DNA of 64,000 nt from an uncultured Alphaproteobacteria bacterium (lineage in GTDB: Bacteria > Pseudomonadota > Alphaproteobacteria > Rhizobiales > Kaistiaceae): contig CAWGVO010000002.1 of the NCBI GenBank assembly GCA_963826055.1, positions 28,960-92,959 of the forward strand, read 5' to 3'. The notes beneath the pieces were generated by a model that was given only the letters and a program-made list of their open reading frames with translations, was not told the DNA's origin and searched no databases. Below, piece after piece: positions 50,169 to 61,928 of this stretch (positions within the stretch are counted from its first letter, which is position 1; each line of letters starts with the position of its first letter). Made by a program: the position numbers and the translations under genes.

Positions 50169-52100
50169 ATGCTGCACATCAACGACCTCACCTACCGCAT
50201 CGGCGCGCGGACGCTCATCGACCACGCCACCCTGGCGCTGCCGGCCGGCGCGCGGGCGGGGCTCGTCGGCCGCAACGGCGCCGGCAAGACCACCCTCTTC
50301 CACCTGATCGCCGGCGAGCTCGCGCCCGAGACCGGCGCGGTGTCGCTGCCGCGGAACGCCCGCGTCGGCCAGGTCGCCCAGGAGGCGCCCTCGGGCGACG
50401 AGCCGCTGATCGACGTCGTGCTCGCCGCCGACCGCGAGCGCGCCGCGCTGCTCGCCGAGGCCGAGCACGCGCAGGACGCCCACCGCATCGCCGAGGTCCA
50501 CACCCGGCTCGCCGACATCGACGCCCATTCGGCCGAGGCGCGCGCCGCCGCGATCCTCGCCGGCCTCGGCTTCGACGCCGCCGCCCAGCGCGGCCCCGCC
50601 TCCGCCCTCTCCGGCGGCTGGCGCATGCGCGTCGCGCTCGCCGCCGCCCTCTTCGCCGCGCCCGACCTGCTGCTGCTCGACGAGCCCACCAACTACCTCG
50701 ACCTCGAGGGCGTCGTGTGGCTGGAGAACTTTCTCGCGCGCTATCCCCATACCGTCCTCGTCATCAGCCACGACCGCGACCTCCTCAACGCGCTCGACCT
50801 CATCGTCCATCTCGACCACGGCAAGCTGACGCTCTATCGCGGCGGCTACGACTCCTTCGACCGCCAGCGGCGCGAGGCGCAGGCGCTGCAGGCGAAGCTC
50901 CTGAAGAAGCAGCAGGACCAGCGCCGCCACCTGCAGGCCTTCGTCGACCGCTTCCGCTACAAGGCGTCGAAGGCGCGCCAGGCGCAGTCGCGGGTGAAGA
51001 TGCTGGCGCGGCTGGAGCCGATCGCGGCGCTCGCCGACGAGAGCGTCGTGCCGTTCCGCTTTCCCGAACCGGCGAAGCCCGCCGCGCCGCCGCTCGTCAC
51101 CATGGAAAATGTCGCCGTCGGCTACACCCCCGGCGAGCCGGTCCTCAGCCGGCTTAGTTTGCGCATCGATGACGACGATCGCATCGCCCTTCTCGGCGCC
51201 AACGGCAACGGCAAGTCGACGCTGGCGAAGCTCATCGCCGGGCGGCTCAAGCCGGAGAGCGGCCGGCTCACCCGCTTCGATCGCATGTCGGTCGCCTACT
51301 TCGCCCAGCACCAGATCGACGAGCTCGAGCCGGCGAAGTCGGCTTACGATCACCTGCGCGTGCTGATGCCCGGCGCCGCCGAGGCGGACGTGCGGGCGCG
51401 CGCCGGCGGCTTCGGCTTTCCGCTGACGCGCATGAACACGCCGGCCGCCGATCTCTCCGGCGGCGAGAAGGCGCGCCTCCTTCTCGGCCTCGCCACCTTC
51501 GGCGGGCCGAACCTGATGATCCTCGATGAGCCGACGAACCATCTCGACATCGACGCGCGCGAGGCCCTCGTCGTCGCGCTCGCCGAGTACTCCGGCGCCG
51601 TCATCCTCATCAGTCACGACCGGCACCTGGTCGAGACCTCCGCCGACCGTCTGTGGGTCGTCGCCGGGGGGACCGTGCGGCCGTGGGAGGGCGACATGGA
51701 CGACTATCGCCGCGCGGTTCTCGGGATTGGCCCCGCAGGTGGTCCTCGGTCTCCAGCAGACGCAGGCATCGCGGAAAACAGCGATCGCAACGCGGATCGC
51801 ACCGGTGGAAAAACACCGGAAAACACCGCCCGCGCCCGTCGCCGCGACGATGCGGCGCGCCGGGCGGAGACCGCGCCGATCCGCCGAAAGATCAAGGCGA
51901 GCGAGGCGTTGATGGACAAGCTTCGCAAGGAGATCAAGCAACTGGACGCAAGGCTTTCAGATTCAAGCCTTTACGGCCGCGATCCGGCCGCCGCGGCCGG
52001 CCTCGCCAAGGCCCGTTCCGACGCCGTCCGGGCGCTCTCCGAGGCCGAGGAATCGTGGCTTGCGGCAAGTGCCGAGCTGGAGGCGGCCGGGTCCGGCTAA
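50169..52100 (+). CDS. ABC-F family ATPase (tandem ABC domains, no TM domain)
   Basis: Two Walker A motifs (GRNGAGKTT, GANGNGKST), two LSGG signatures, and a charged coiled C-terminal tail. Confidence 0.9.
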   Translation: MLHINDLTYRIGARTLIDHATLALPAGARAGLVGRNGAGKTTLFHLIAGELAPETGAVSLPRNARVGQVAQEAPSGDEPLIDVVLAADRERAALLAEAEHAQDAHRIAEVHTRLADIDAHSAEARAAAILAGLGFDAAAQRGPASALSGGWRMRVALAAALFAAPDLLLLDEPTNYLDLEGVVWLENFLARYPHTVLVISHDRDLLNALDLIVHLDHGKLTLYRGGYDSFDRQRREAQALQAKLLKKQQDQRRHLQAFVDRFRYKASKARQAQSRVKMLARLEPIAALADESVVPFRFPEPAKPAAPPLVTMENVAVGYTPGEPVLSRLSLRIDDDDRIALLGANGNGKSTLAKLIAGRLKPESGRLTRFDRMSVAYFAQHQIDELEPAKSAYDHLRVLMPGAAEADVRARAGGFGFPLTRMNTPAADLSGGEKARLLLGLATFGGPNLMILDEPTNHLDIDAREALVVALAEYSGAVILISHDRHLVETSADRLWVVAGGTVRPWEGDMDDYRRAVLGIGPAGGPRSPADAGIAENSDRNADRTGGKTPENTARARRRDDAARRAETAPIRRKIKASEALMDKLRKEIKQLDARLSDSSLYGRDPAAAAGLAKARSDAVRALSEAEESWLAASAELEAAGSG

Positions 52101-52104
52101 CCCC

Positions 52105-52564
52105 TTACGCCGCCTCGGCTTTCTTCTCCCAGCCGCCGCGCTCGTTCTGCTGCCAGTAGGTGGCGGCGTGGCCGGCGGCCTTCGCGGCCGTCCAGGATTC
52201 CCGTGCCTTTTCAACGGCTTCGTTGTCGTTGCCGTCGAAGAGCAGGACGACCCGCTGGTAATCGCTGAAATCCGCCATTTCGGCGCCATCGGCGAGGAAG
52301 CGCACGGTCGCGTCGGTTGGGGTTGTCCGTCCCCGTCGTCAGCCAGATCGGCTGCTCGCCGGCGTGCCCGTCCTTCGCCGTCCCGTGCGGCAGAAACCCC
52401 TCCTGCCGATACGTCCACAGGTGCGCGTCCAGCGCCGCGCAGCGTTCGTCGGAGCCGACCTGCACCACCGTACGCCATTGACGTTGCAGGCATTTTTCCA
52501 ACAGCTCGGGCAGCACGCGCTCCAGCGGCTGACGCTGAAGGTGGTAGAAAAGCACCTCGGTCAT
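52105..52564 (-). pseudogene. holC: DNA polymerase III chi subunit, frameshifted as sequenced
   Basis: [24 protein letters not shown]…WLTTGTDNPN, then in another frame (ORF 52105..52305) …VRFLADGAEMADFSDYQRVVLLFDGNDNEAV. An extra base sits near 52315. The ATG overlaps the pepA stop (ATGA). Confidence 0.85.
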
Positions 52565-54054
52565 CGCTCGTATTTGTCGGCAACCAGGCGGTCGAGCAGG
52601 CGCACACCCCAGCCGGAGGCCCACGAACGGTTGACGTCCGTCTGCGGCGACCCCATCGCCGTCCCCGCCACGTCGAGGTGCGCCCACGGCGTCCCCTTGA
52701 CGAACCGCTTCAGAAACTGGGCCGCCGTGACGGCGCCCGCGTCCCGTCCGCCGGTATTCTTGACGTCGGCGAACCGGGAGTCGATCTGCTTGTCGTATTC
52801 CTTGCCGAGCGGCATGCGCCACACACGTTCGCCCGTCGCCTCGCCGGCGGTGGCGAGCGCGGCCGCGAGCGCGTCGTCGGTCGAGAACATGCCAGCGTAA
52901 TGGTGGCCAAGGGCAACAATGATGGCTCCAGTCAAGGTCGCAAGATCGATCATGAACTTCGGCTTGAAGTGATCCTCGGCATAGGCGAGCGCGTCGGCGA
53001 GCACGAGCCGCCCTTCCGCGTCGGTGTTGATGATCTCGATGGTGCGACCGGTCATTGCCGTCACGATGTCGCCCGGCCGCTGCGCGGTGCCGCTCGGCAT
53101 GTTCTCGACGATGCCAATGACCCCTACGGCGTTGACCTTCGCCTTGCGCGCCGCAAGCGCGTGCATCAGCCCGGTGACAGTTGCGGCGCCGGCCATGTCG
53201 CCCTTCATGTCCTCCATGCTGCCTGCCGGCTTGATGGAGATGCCGCCCGTATCGAAAACCACCCCTTTGCCGATGAAAGCCACCGGAGGTTCCTTGGCGC
53301 GGCCGCCGTTCCAGCGCATGACCACCAGCCGTGGCGGCCTCGCCGAACCCTGAGCCACGCCGAGTAGCGCACGCATGCCGAGCTTCTTCAGTTCCGGTTC
53401 GCCCAGGACCTCAACCTTGACCCCTAGCTTGGTCAGGGCCTTGGCGCGGTCGGCGAATTCAACCGGACCGAGAACATTTGCCGGCTCGTTGACGAGGTCG
53501 CGCGCCAAGAGAACGCCATCGGCGATCGCGGCCCGCGCGCCCCAGGCCCGGCGCGCGGCGGGAGGGTCGGCAGCTATGATGGTGATCTCGGCCGGCTCCT
53601 TGCGGGTGGGGCCGTTATCGCCCTTTACCGGACGGTAGTTGTCGAATCGGTAGGCGCGCAGTTTCATACCGAGCGCGAAGTCCGCGACGGCGTTCTTCGG
53701 TGCCCGCCGGCCATCCGGGCGCTCGAAAAGCACGTTCGCTGCCTTGGCGTTCCCGATGGCCGCCATGGCGACGCCTCCCAATCTCAGCCAATCACCCTCG
53801 CCCATCTCGGACGGGTTGCCGGTTCCGAGCAGCACCAGACGATCGAGATCGGTTCCGGCGGGCGCCAACAACTCGAGGGTCGTACGCTCCTTGCCGTTGA
53901 AATCTGCCGCCGCGGCGGCGCGCCGGCACACCTCGTCAACCTTCAGGGCGCGCGCCTGCGGCCCAAGAACAAGGTCCTGGCCGACCAGGAGGATGACGGT
54001 GCCCGCGGGCTTCTTTCCGGGTGCGGCGAACGTGATATTGGCGAAATCGGTCAT
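52561..54054 (-). CDS. pepA: leucyl aminopeptidase
   Basis: M17 peptidase signature [12 protein letters not shown] and metal ligands. Start at the internal ATG 54054. Confidence 0.93.
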   Translation of the reverse strand: MTDFANITFAAPGKKPAGTVILLVGQDLVLGPQARALKVDEVCRRAAAAADFNGKERTTLELLAPAGTDLDRLVLLGTGNPSEMGEGDWLRLGGVAMAAIGNAKAANVLFERPDGRRAPKNAVADFALGMKLRAYRFDNYRPVKGDNGPTRKEPAEITIIAADPPAARRAWGARAAIADGVLLARDLVNEPANVLGPVEFADRAKALTKLGVKVEVLGEPELKKLGMRALLGVAQGSARPPRLVVMRWNGGRAKEPPVAFIGKGVVFDTGGISIKPAGSMEDMKGDMAGAATVTGLMHALAARKAKVNAVGVIGIVENMPSGTAQRPGDIVTAMTGRTIEIINTDAEGRLVLADALAYAEDHFKPKFMIDLATLTGAIIVALGHHYAGMFSTDDALAAALATAGEATGERVWRMPLGKEYDKQIDSRFADVKNTGGRDAGAVTAAQFLKRFVKGTPWAHLDVAGTAMGSPQTDVNRSWASGWGVRLLDRLVADKYER

Positions 54055-54211
54055 GAAAAGCCCAACTTGAGGGTGGATCCAGGGTCGGTCGCGGCGCACG
54101 ATAACAGACCTGCCGGGCGGGGCCAGAGTCAACGTTGCATTGGGGCGGATGTTGCGCCCGGCATGGATCGCATCATAATTCGCCGGCCTGGAGCCGGATC
54201 GCGAGGCGGAA

Positions 54212-55405
54212 ATGAAGTTGATCGAGCGCTACATCTTTCGCCGGATGGCAAGCGCGCTCGTGCTGATCTTCCTCGCGCTGGGGACGATGGTCTGGCTGGC
54301 GCTGGGCGTGCGCCAGTTCAATCTCGTGACCGCCAACGGGCAGAGCGTGTGGACGTTCCTGCACGTCGCGCTCCTCCTGGTGCCCATGCTGGTTACGATC
54401 GTGCTGCCGTTGGCGGCCTTGATCGCCGTCGTCTACACTCTCACGAGCCTCAACGGCGATTCGGAATTGGCGGTGATCAATGCCTGCGGCGCACCCCAGT
54501 TTGCCATCCTCAAGCCGGTACTTCTCATTGGGCTGATCACGGCGGTCGCGGTCGGCGCGATGAGCCTGCATTTCGCTCCGCTTGCGACCCGACTTGGCGA
54601 GTCGCTGGTGGCGACCGTGCGCGGCAGCGTCCTGTCCTCGATCATCAATCCGGGTCAGTTCATGGCGCTTGGCGACGGCCTGGTGTTTCACATGCGCGGC
54701 CGCAATTCGGATGGATCACTCGATGGGATTTTTGTCGTTGACGATCGCGATCCGACGCGCACGACCACCTATCTCGCCGACAAGGGAGCGGTTCTGGACA
54801 ATCCGCTCGGCGTGTTTTTGGTCATGTCCAACGGCGTTATCCAGCAGCGCAACAAGATCGATCAGACCATCTCAATGATCGAGTTCAGTTCGTATGCCTT
54901 CGACCTTTCGAGCCTGACAAGCGGGAGCGGCCGCGAAGCGGTGGCGGTTTCCCCGAGGGAGCGATCTACCGCCTATCTGCTCCATCCCGACCCCGACGAC
55001 CCGTACTTCCAGCAGCATCCCGAACAGCTTCGCAGCGAACTGCATGGCCGCCTCACGATGCCGCTCTATGGGTTGGCGTTCGTCCTGCTGCCGCTGCTGT
55101 TCATTGGCCAGGCCGATTCACCCCGCGAAAGTCGCGCCGCCAGCATCGCCATGCTGACGGTCCTCATCATGGCGGTAGGGGCCATCGGCGTGTTCCTGCC
55201 AACGTTTGCAATGACGAACGCCGCGTTGATTGTTCTGATGTACCTGGTGCCCCTCGGTGTCGTCGCGATTTCGGTGCCGCTGGTCCTGGTCGGGGCGCAG
55301 GTGCGACCGCCCGAGCGCATCGTGGCACTTGGCGAGGCGTTGTCCGGCCGGGTCAGCGGGTTGTTGCGCCCGGACCAGCAGCCGTCGCCCGAAGGAAACA
55401 GTTGA
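54212..55405 (+). CDS. lptF: LPS export ABC transporter permease LptF
   Basis: [12 protein letters not shown]-terminus, 6-TM YjgP/YjgQ family, upstream of lptG and lptD. Confidence 0.88.
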   Translation: MKLIERYIFRRMASALVLIFLALGTMVWLALGVRQFNLVTANGQSVWTFLHVALLLVPMLVTIVLPLAALIAVVYTLTSLNGDSELAVINACGAPQFAILKPVLLIGLITAVAVGAMSLHFAPLATRLGESLVATVRGSVLSSIINPGQFMALGDGLVFHMRGRNSDGSLDGIFVVDDRDPTRTTTYLADKGAVLDNPLGVFLVMSNGVIQQRNKIDQTISMIEFSSYAFDLSSLTSGSGREAVAVSPRERSTAYLLHPDPDDPYFQQHPEQLRSELHGRLTMPLYGLAFVLLPLLFIGQADSPRESRAASIAMLTVLIMAVGAIGVFLPTFAMTNAALIVLMYLVPLGVVAISVPLVLVGAQVRPPERIVALGEALSGRVSGLLRPDQQPSPEGNS

Positions 55406-55412
55406 TCGGTCA

Positions 55413-56507
55413 ATGATCGTAGGCCGAACCCTGTTTTTCTATTTCGCGCGGCGCTTTGCCAAGATGGTGCTCGCCTTCTTTCTGCTGACGGTGGTGATCA
55501 TCGCGCTCGCTACCTTCCTCGAATTCTTCAACCGCGCGTTCCAGATCGATGCGGCCGGCGTCAAGGTCGCGCTGTTGTCGTTGTTTCGCGTACCAAGCAC
55601 CTCCGAAGACGCCCTTCCCTTCGTCGTCCTCTACGGCTCGATGGCCGCGTTCGTCGTCGCCAATCGCCGGCTTGAGGTGGTGGTCGCCCGCGCGGCGGGC
55701 GTATCGGCCTGGCAGTTCCTCTTGCCGGCCTGCATCGTGGGACTCTTGTTCGGCGTGTTCGCGACGACGGTCTACAATCCGTTCGCGGCGGCGCTGCTCA
55801 CTCAATCCAACCTGCTCAGCGCACAGACCTTCGGTTCGGAGGAGAAGCCTCCGGTCGAATTGGGGGACGGACCGATCTGGGTGCGCCAATCGGCCGGTGG
55901 AGTGGAATCGATCGTCGGCGCGGAGAGGTCATACGACGGCGGTCTGGGACTGAGCGGCGTCACCGCGTACGTGTTCGACAGCGATGGCAGATTTCGAGAG
56001 AGGATCGATGCCCCTCGGGCCCGGTTCTCGCCGGGCGCGTGGCGCCTGGAAGATGCAACCGTAACGGCGCCAAGCAGCAATCCACAGTTGCATTCGGAGT
56101 ACACTCTTCCGACGAATCTATCGCCAAACGAGGTCAAGCGGACGTTCCTGAAACTCGGTTCAGTCTCCTTCTGGGCCCTGCCGGGTCTGGCCGCCGCGGC
56201 TCGGCGCGCCGGCGTGCCGGCCGATCGTTACGAGCTTCAATTCAACGTATTGTTATCGCGACCAATTCTTCTCCTGGCCATGGTTCTCATCGCCGCCAAC
56301 GTGTCCCTGAGATTCTCCCGTTCGCGCAACCTGGGGAGGATGATTATCGCTGGCATGGCCGTAGGCTTCATGCTTTATGTTGTCATGAGAATTGCGCGGG
56401 ATTTGGGGAGTGGTGGCATAATGCCGCCGCCGCTTGCGGCTTGGTTGCCAGCCATCGTGGCGACGTTGGTCGGCGCCACGGTGCTTCTGCATTTGGAGGA
56501 CGGATGA
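55413..56507 (+). CDS. lptG: LPS export ABC transporter permease LptG
   Basis: Internal ATG 55413 gives MIVGRTLFFYFARRF… YjgP/YjgQ family. The stop overlaps the lptD start. Confidence 0.88.
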   Translation: MIVGRTLFFYFARRFAKMVLAFFLLTVVIIALATFLEFFNRAFQIDAAGVKVALLSLFRVPSTSEDALPFVVLYGSMAAFVVANRRLEVVVARAAGVSAWQFLLPACIVGLLFGVFATTVYNPFAAALLTQSNLLSAQTFGSEEKPPVELGDGPIWVRQSAGGVESIVGAERSYDGGLGLSGVTAYVFDSDGRFRERIDAPRARFSPGAWRLEDATVTAPSSNPQLHSEYTLPTNLSPNEVKRTFLKLGSVSFWALPGLAAAARRAGVPADRYELQFNVLLSRPILLLAMVLIAANVSLRFSRSRNLGRMIIAGMAVGFMLYVVMRIARDLGSGGIMPPPLAAWLPAIVATLVGATVLLHLEDG

Positions 56508-58906
56508 GCGGGGCGATATTGCTCCGTGCGGTTGTAACGCTGGCCGGCCGGGCACCGTGGCTCGCCGGCATCGCGGTTGCGGCCGCGCTGTTGGCGCACA
56601 TGCCAACCGTCGTCCAAGCGGCCGATGCCGGTGCGGCGGTCTATCGCCCCGCTTCCGTGAGCGCTCCAGCCGCACCGTCGCCCGGCAAGCCAGGCTCCCA
56701 GATGGTTCTGGAGTCGGACCAGCTGGTCTACGACTACGACAACGACACGGTGTCGGCGGTCGGCAACGTCACCATCTACTACGGCGGGTACACCCTTCAG
56801 GCGGCGAAAGTCACGTACAAGAAGCGCAGCGGCCGGCTGATCGCCGAAGGCAACGTGACACTCACCGACCCGACCGGGGCAGTCGTCGCCTCGAGTTACG
56901 TCGATGTGACCGACGACTTCCGCGACGGGTTCGTCCAATCCTTGCGGGTCGACACGCCGGAGCGGGCCCATTTCACCGCGGAAAGCGCTCAACGCAGTGG
57001 AGGCGAGGTCACGACGTTCGTCAACGGCGCCTATACCGCCTGTGAGGCTTGCAAGGACCATCCTGAGAAGCCTCCGCTTTGGAACGTCAGGGCCGCCAAG
57101 ATCGTGGTCAATCAGAAGGAGCGCATGGTTTATTTCACCGATGCCCGGATCGAGTTCTTCGGGCTGCCGGTGGCCTGGCTCCCCTATTTCGCCATGGCCG
57201 ACCCGTCGGTGTCGCGCAAGACCGGCTTTCTGGCGCCACAAATCGGCTACTCCGCCAAGCTCGGGGCTTATGCGTCTCTTCCGTACTACTGGGCGCTAGG
57301 CCCAAATTACGACCTAACGTTCACGCCCAGCATATATTCGCGGCAGGGTTTCCTCGGCGAGGTCGAATGGCGTCACCGGCTGGAGCACGGCCAATACACG
57401 GTGGCCGCCGCGGGAATCAAACAGGCCAACAAGGACGCTTTCGATCCAGCCTCGGCGTCGTACCGTGATTGGCGTGGCGGCATCCGGACCACCGGCCAGT
57501 TCTACCTCAATCAGGACTGGACGCTCGGATGGGACGGGACACTCAGCAGCGACCGCACATTCACCCGTGACTATTCGGTTCTCAACGACGACACCTCCGA
57601 GACCATCTCAACAATCCATCTGACAGGCCTGCACGACCGGAACTTCGCCGAAGCTCGCGCCTCGTATTTCCAGATCCTCACCGACCGAACGGGCAATCCC
57701 CTCGATCCACTTGACCCTGACAATGCATTCAATCAGGGGCGTCAGGCCGTAGTCGTGCCGGTGGTCGACTATCATCGCATCGCGGACGATCCGGTGCTCG
57801 GAGGCGAAGTCTCGTTCAGATCCAACCTGACGTCGCTCACGCGAGCCGAGGACGACCCATTCCTTGTGGGCGACACGTACTATCATGGCACTGCGGGCAC
57901 GACGGTTCGGACGACGAAAGAGATTTCGTGGCAACGCCAGTTCATCGGTCCGTTCGGTCAGGTCATTACGCCCTATCTTTCCCTGCGCGGCGATGCCTTC
58001 TTCCTCGGCGGACAGACGTCGATGGCCACCACCGACGGCCTGACGTCATCGTCAACGGCCTTTCGCTTCATGCCAACCGCTGCGGTTGAGTGGAGCCTGC
58101 CGCTGCTGGTGACCAGCGGAGGCACCACGCAGACGATAACGCCGATCGCACAACTCATCGTTAGGCCCAACGAAATGGGCATCGGTACGCTTCCGAACAA
58201 CGACGCGCAGAGCCTCGTGTTCGACTCGTCCAACCTGTTCGATATCGACAAGTTCTCCGGCGATGACCGTGTCGAGGGCGGCACAGTCGCCAACATCGGG
58301 CTCAAATACACCGCCGACTTCGAAGGCGGCGCCTCGATCGACAGCACGATCGGCCAATCGATCCACCTTGCCGGCGCCAACTCCTACGCGACTCAGGACC
58401 TGGCCAACGTCGGGCCCGATTCCGGCCTCGAGAACAAGCTCTCTGACTACGTCGCGGGCGTCACCGTCGATACCGGTCTCGGCCCTCGCTTCTCGGCGCG
58501 CACGCGACTCGATCAGGCGACGCTGATGGTCAATCGGGTCGAACTGGAGGCGACCACCGCGCTCGGACCCGTCACGGCCTCGACTGCCTATCTCTACCTG
58601 CGCAACAATCCGAACAGCGGCATTTCGTCGCCAGCCTCGGTCGTGCGCAGCGCGGCCTCAGTGAATCTGGCTTCAAACTGGCGCGCGTTTGGCTCGTTCA
58701 CGTACGATATCGCCAACTCGGCCGTGGCCAGCGACAGCTTCGGAGTTGCTTTCGACAACGATTGCCTGACATTTTCGCTCGCCTATAGCGCGACGCGCAA
58801 GAGTTACACCGACATCGCTCCGGACCGTTGGCTGAACGTCCGCTTGCAGCTGCGCACAATCGGCGAAAGCAGCGTCAACTCGAATTTGAGCAGCCTGACC
58901 AATTGA
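56504..58906 (+). CDS. lptD: LPS-assembly outer-membrane protein LptD
   Basis: Signal peptide from the ATG at 56504, OstA N-domain (…DQLVYDYDNDTVSAVGNVTIYYGGYTLQA…), large beta-barrel. Confidence 0.9.
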   Translation: MSGAILLRAVVTLAGRAPWLAGIAVAAALLAHMPTVVQAADAGAAVYRPASVSAPAAPSPGKPGSQMVLESDQLVYDYDNDTVSAVGNVTIYYGGYTLQAAKVTYKKRSGRLIAEGNVTLTDPTGAVVASSYVDVTDDFRDGFVQSLRVDTPERAHFTAESAQRSGGEVTTFVNGAYTACEACKDHPEKPPLWNVRAAKIVVNQKERMVYFTDARIEFFGLPVAWLPYFAMADPSVSRKTGFLAPQIGYSAKLGAYASLPYYWALGPNYDLTFTPSIYSRQGFLGEVEWRHRLEHGQYTVAAAGIKQANKDAFDPASASYRDWRGGIRTTGQFYLNQDWTLGWDGTLSSDRTFTRDYSVLNDDTSETISTIHLTGLHDRNFAEARASYFQILTDRTGNPLDPLDPDNAFNQGRQAVVVPVVDYHRIADDPVLGGEVSFRSNLTSLTRAEDDPFLVGDTYYHGTAGTTVRTTKEISWQRQFIGPFGQVITPYLSLRGDAFFLGGQTSMATTDGLTSSSTAFRFMPTAAVEWSLPLLVTSGGTTQTITPIAQLIVRPNEMGIGTLPNNDAQSLVFDSSNLFDIDKFSGDDRVEGGTVANIGLKYTADFEGGASIDSTIGQSIHLAGANSYATQDLANVGPDSGLENKLSDYVAGVTVDTGLGPRFSARTRLDQATLMVNRVELEATTALGPVTASTAYLYLRNNPNSGISSPASVVRSAASVNLASNWRAFGSFTYDIANSAVASDSFGVAFDNDCLTFSLAYSATRKSYTDIAPDRWLNVRLQLRTIGESSVNSNLSSLTN

Positions 58907-58955
58907 CCGCCTTGCTCCTCTGCGATTTTCTCTTTCTTTCGCCCCAATCGACGCA

Positions 58956-60017
58956 ATGATGCGGCGGCGCTTGGTGAGGTGGCGGAGCAAACCATTGAGC
59001 ATAGTCGGCAATCGCGAACTGGCCCGTGTGGCTGTGGTGGTCGGGGTGGTTTTGGGCGCCGCTGCATTGGGCGGATGCAGCGCAGTTTCCAACGTGTTCA
59101 ACCGTGGCCCTTCTGTAACCGTCGAACGAACGCCGGGGGGAGATAAGCCGACCGTCGACGTCGGCACGATAAAGGGCAACAGCTCGATTGCCGTGCTCGT
59201 CAACGATCAACCGATCACGCGATATGACATCAAACAACGTGCGGCGCTGATGCGCATTGGCGGGGCAACAGGCGGCGAAAAGGCGGCGACGGAGGAACTC
59301 GTCGACGAAACTCTCAAAATGTATGAGGCGGCCAAGCGCAGCGTGAGCGTGGCTGATGGCCGGATCGATGCCGCCTATGCCTCGATTGCCAGCAACCTGA
59401 AGATGACGCCGGCGCAGCTGACCCAGGCGCTCGCCGGCCAGGGCGTCGACAGCATGACATTGAAGGACAGGTTGCGGGCCCAGATGACCTGGCAGCAATT
59501 GGTCGTGCGCCGTACCCAGGCGGAGGCGCTCGTCAAGAAAGCCGACGTTACACAGGCCCTGCTGGCGAAGGGCGACCCGAATTCGATGACAAGCACCGAG
59601 TACACGTTGCAGCAGATCGTCTTCGTGGTGCCGTCAGGCTCGCCGGACGCCCTCTACGCGCAGCGCCGGCGAGAGGCGGAGGCGTTCCGTTCGCGCTTCT
59701 CGGGATGTGACCGGAGCCTCGATCAGGCCAAGCAGCTGAGGGGCGTGGTGGTGAAGGACATCGGACGTCGCGACTCGAGCCAGCTTCAAGGGCCGCAGGG
59801 CGAAGCGATCCAGAAGACGGCGGCCGGCAAGACTGCTCCGCCCATGCAGACCGATCAGGGCATCGAACTGATCGCAGTGTGCACGTCACGTGACATCCAC
59901 AGCTCCGCCATCGCGGAAGCCGAGGTTCAGGACCAACTGCTTTCCAAGCAGAGCGAGGAGATCGGCAAGGAGTACCTGAAAGAGCTGCGCGATCGTGCCA
60001 TCATCGAGTACCGTTGA
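58956..60017 (+). CDS. surA: SurA-like periplasmic chaperone
   Basis: Position in the conserved lptD-surA-pdxA-rsmA operon. SurA N-domain-like sequence (VLVNDQPITRYDIKQRAAL…). Confidence 0.78.
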   Translation: MMRRRLVRWRSKPLSIVGNRELARVAVVVGVVLGAAALGGCSAVSNVFNRGPSVTVERTPGGDKPTVDVGTIKGNSSIAVLVNDQPITRYDIKQRAALMRIGGATGGEKAATEELVDETLKMYEAAKRSVSVADGRIDAAYASIASNLKMTPAQLTQALAGQGVDSMTLKDRLRAQMTWQQLVVRRTQAEALVKKADVTQALLAKGDPNSMTSTEYTLQQIVFVVPSGSPDALYAQRRREAEAFRSRFSGCDRSLDQAKQLRGVVVKDIGRRDSSQLQGPQGEAIQKTAAGKTAPPMQTDQGIELIAVCTSRDIHSSAIAEAEVQDQLLSKQSEEIGKEYLKELRDRAIIEYR

Positions 60018-60023
60018 GGAAAG

Positions 60024-61055
60024 ATGGCGCGGGATAAAGCGCCGGAGCTGCTGCCGCTAGCGCTGACGATGGGTGAACCCGCTGGCGTGGGGCCTGATCT
60101 TACCCTGGTGGCATGGACACGTCGGCGCGATCTTCGTCTGCCCGCGTTCTACTGCCTCGGCGACGCCGCTCTGCTGTCGAAACGCGCCAAGATCCTTGGT
60201 CTTGCGTGTCCTATCGAGGCGGTTTCTGTATCCGAGGTCGCAGCATGCTTCGACCGGGCGCTTCCGGTGGTGTCTCTGGAAGCATCGGTCACGGTGGATG
60301 CCGGCCGACCCGACCCAGCCAACGCTCCGGCGGTGATTGAGGCGATCGCACGAGCGGTTGGCGACGTGCGCGCCGGGGCCGCCGCCGCGGTAGTCACCAA
60401 CCCAATCAACAAAAAGACGCTCTACGATGCCGGCTTTCGCCATCCCGGGCACACGGAGTTCCTGGGAACGCTCTCGGCAGCGTGGACCGGAACGGCCGCC
60501 CGGCCGGTGATGATGCTGGCGGGGCCCGAACTGAAAACGGTGCCTGTCACCATACACATGCCACTCAGGGAGGTTGCAGCGGCGCTTTCGCTGGACCTGA
60601 TCGTTGAGACCGGAAAGGCGGTTGCGCGCGATCTTCAACGCCGGTTCGCGACACCACATCCGCGCCTCGCCGTAGCGGGTCTCAATCCACATGCTGGCGA
60701 GGGCGGCTCCCTCGGTGACGAAGAGGAACGGATCGTACGGCCGGCGGTCGCGGCGCTCAACAGCGAAGGAATCGTGACTGTGGGGCCGCTTGCCGCCGAT
60801 ACCATGTTCCACCCGGCGGCGCGGGCAAGCTACGACGCGGCGCTGTGCATGTACCATGACCAGGCGTTGATTCCGGTCAAGACACTGTCGTTCGCGGAGA
60901 CGGTGAACGTCACGCTTGGCTTGGCTTTTGTCCGCACCTCGCCGGACCACGGCACTGCCCTTGACATCGCCGGGACGGGTCGCGGCGATCCCTCAAGCCT
61001 GGCGGCGGCGCTGCGGCTCGCCGCCGAACTTCGCCACAACGAAATGGCGCAATGA
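60024..61055 (+). CDS. pdxA: 4-hydroxythreonine-4-phosphate dehydrogenase
   Basis: PdxA motifs (…[11 protein letters not shown]…, [25 protein letters not shown]). Confidence 0.93.
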   Translation: MARDKAPELLPLALTMGEPAGVGPDLTLVAWTRRRDLRLPAFYCLGDAALLSKRAKILGLACPIEAVSVSEVAACFDRALPVVSLEASVTVDAGRPDPANAPAVIEAIARAVGDVRAGAAAAVVTNPINKKTLYDAGFRHPGHTEFLGTLSAAWTGTAARPVMMLAGPELKTVPVTIHMPLREVAAALSLDLIVETGKAVARDLQRRFATPHPRLAVAGLNPHAGEGGSLGDEEERIVRPAVAALNSEGIVTVGPLAADTMFHPAARASYDAALCMYHDQALIPVKTLSFAETVNVTLGLAFVRTSPDHGTALDIAGTGRGDPSSLAAALRLAAELRHNEMAQ

Positions 61056-61906
61056 GCCAGATCGACGATCTGCCGCCGCTGCGGGAGATCATTCGGAGCC
61101 ACGGCCTCAGCGCACGTAAGTCGCTCGGCCAGAATTTCCTGCTCGATCTCAATCTCACAGCGCGAATCGCCCGCGCCGCCGGCGACCTCACCGGCGTAAC
61201 GGTGATCGAGGTTGGTCCGGGGCCCGGCGGGCTCACGCGCGCGCTAGTTGCCGCGGGTGCCAAGCGGGTGGTGGCAATCGAGCGGGACGAACGGTGCATT
61301 GCGGCGCTGGAGGAAATCGGCCGGCACTATCCCGGGCGGCTGGAAATCGTCGCCGCCGACGCCCTGGCCACCGACATGGCCGGCCTCGCCCAACCGCCGG
61401 CCAGGATCATTGCAAACCTCCCGTACAATATCGCCACCCCGCTTCTGATCGGCTGGCTGAAGGCCGAGCCGTGGCCGCCGTGGTACGAGTTGATGACGCT
61501 GATGTTTCAGCGGGAGGTGGCGGAACGTATCGTCGCCAGTCCTGGCGACAGCGCCTACGGCAGGCTCAGCGTGCTGGTCGGATGGCGCTGCGACGCGGCC
61601 ATTCTCTTCGACGTCGCCGCGAGCGCATTTACACCGCCACCGAAGGTGACTTCGTCGGTTGTCAGCTTCGTTCCCCGGCCGGCGCCGATGCCCTGCAACG
61701 CAACGACTCTCGAACGAGTAACGGCCGCCGCGTTTGGACAGAGGCGCAAGATGCTGCGGCAAAGCCTGCGGTCGCTCGGGGGCGACGTCGCCCGTCTGCT
61801 TGCCGACGCGGGCATCGAGGGGACGCGGCGCGCGGAGGAAATCGACATAGAGGGCTTCGTCGACCTGGCTCGTGCCTGTGATGCGCCGGGCTCGGAAACG
61901 CGCTGA
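61052..61906 (+). CDS. rsmA: 16S rRNA (adenine1518/1519-N6)-dimethyltransferase
   Basis: KSLGQNFL N-terminal motif, [15 protein letters not shown] motif, ANLPYNI. Confidence 0.93.
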   Translation: MSQIDDLPPLREIIRSHGLSARKSLGQNFLLDLNLTARIARAAGDLTGVTVIEVGPGPGGLTRALVAAGAKRVVAIERDERCIAALEEIGRHYPGRLEIVAADALATDMAGLAQPPARIIANLPYNIATPLLIGWLKAEPWPPWYELMTLMFQREVAERIVASPGDSAYGRLSVLVGWRCDAAILFDVAASAFTPPPKVTSSVVSFVPRPAPMPCNATTLERVTAAAFGQRRKMLRQSLRSLGGDVARLLADAGIEGTRRAEEIDIEGFVDLARACDAPGSETR

Positions 61907-61928
61907 TCGCCACGGTCCTGTTCCAGGA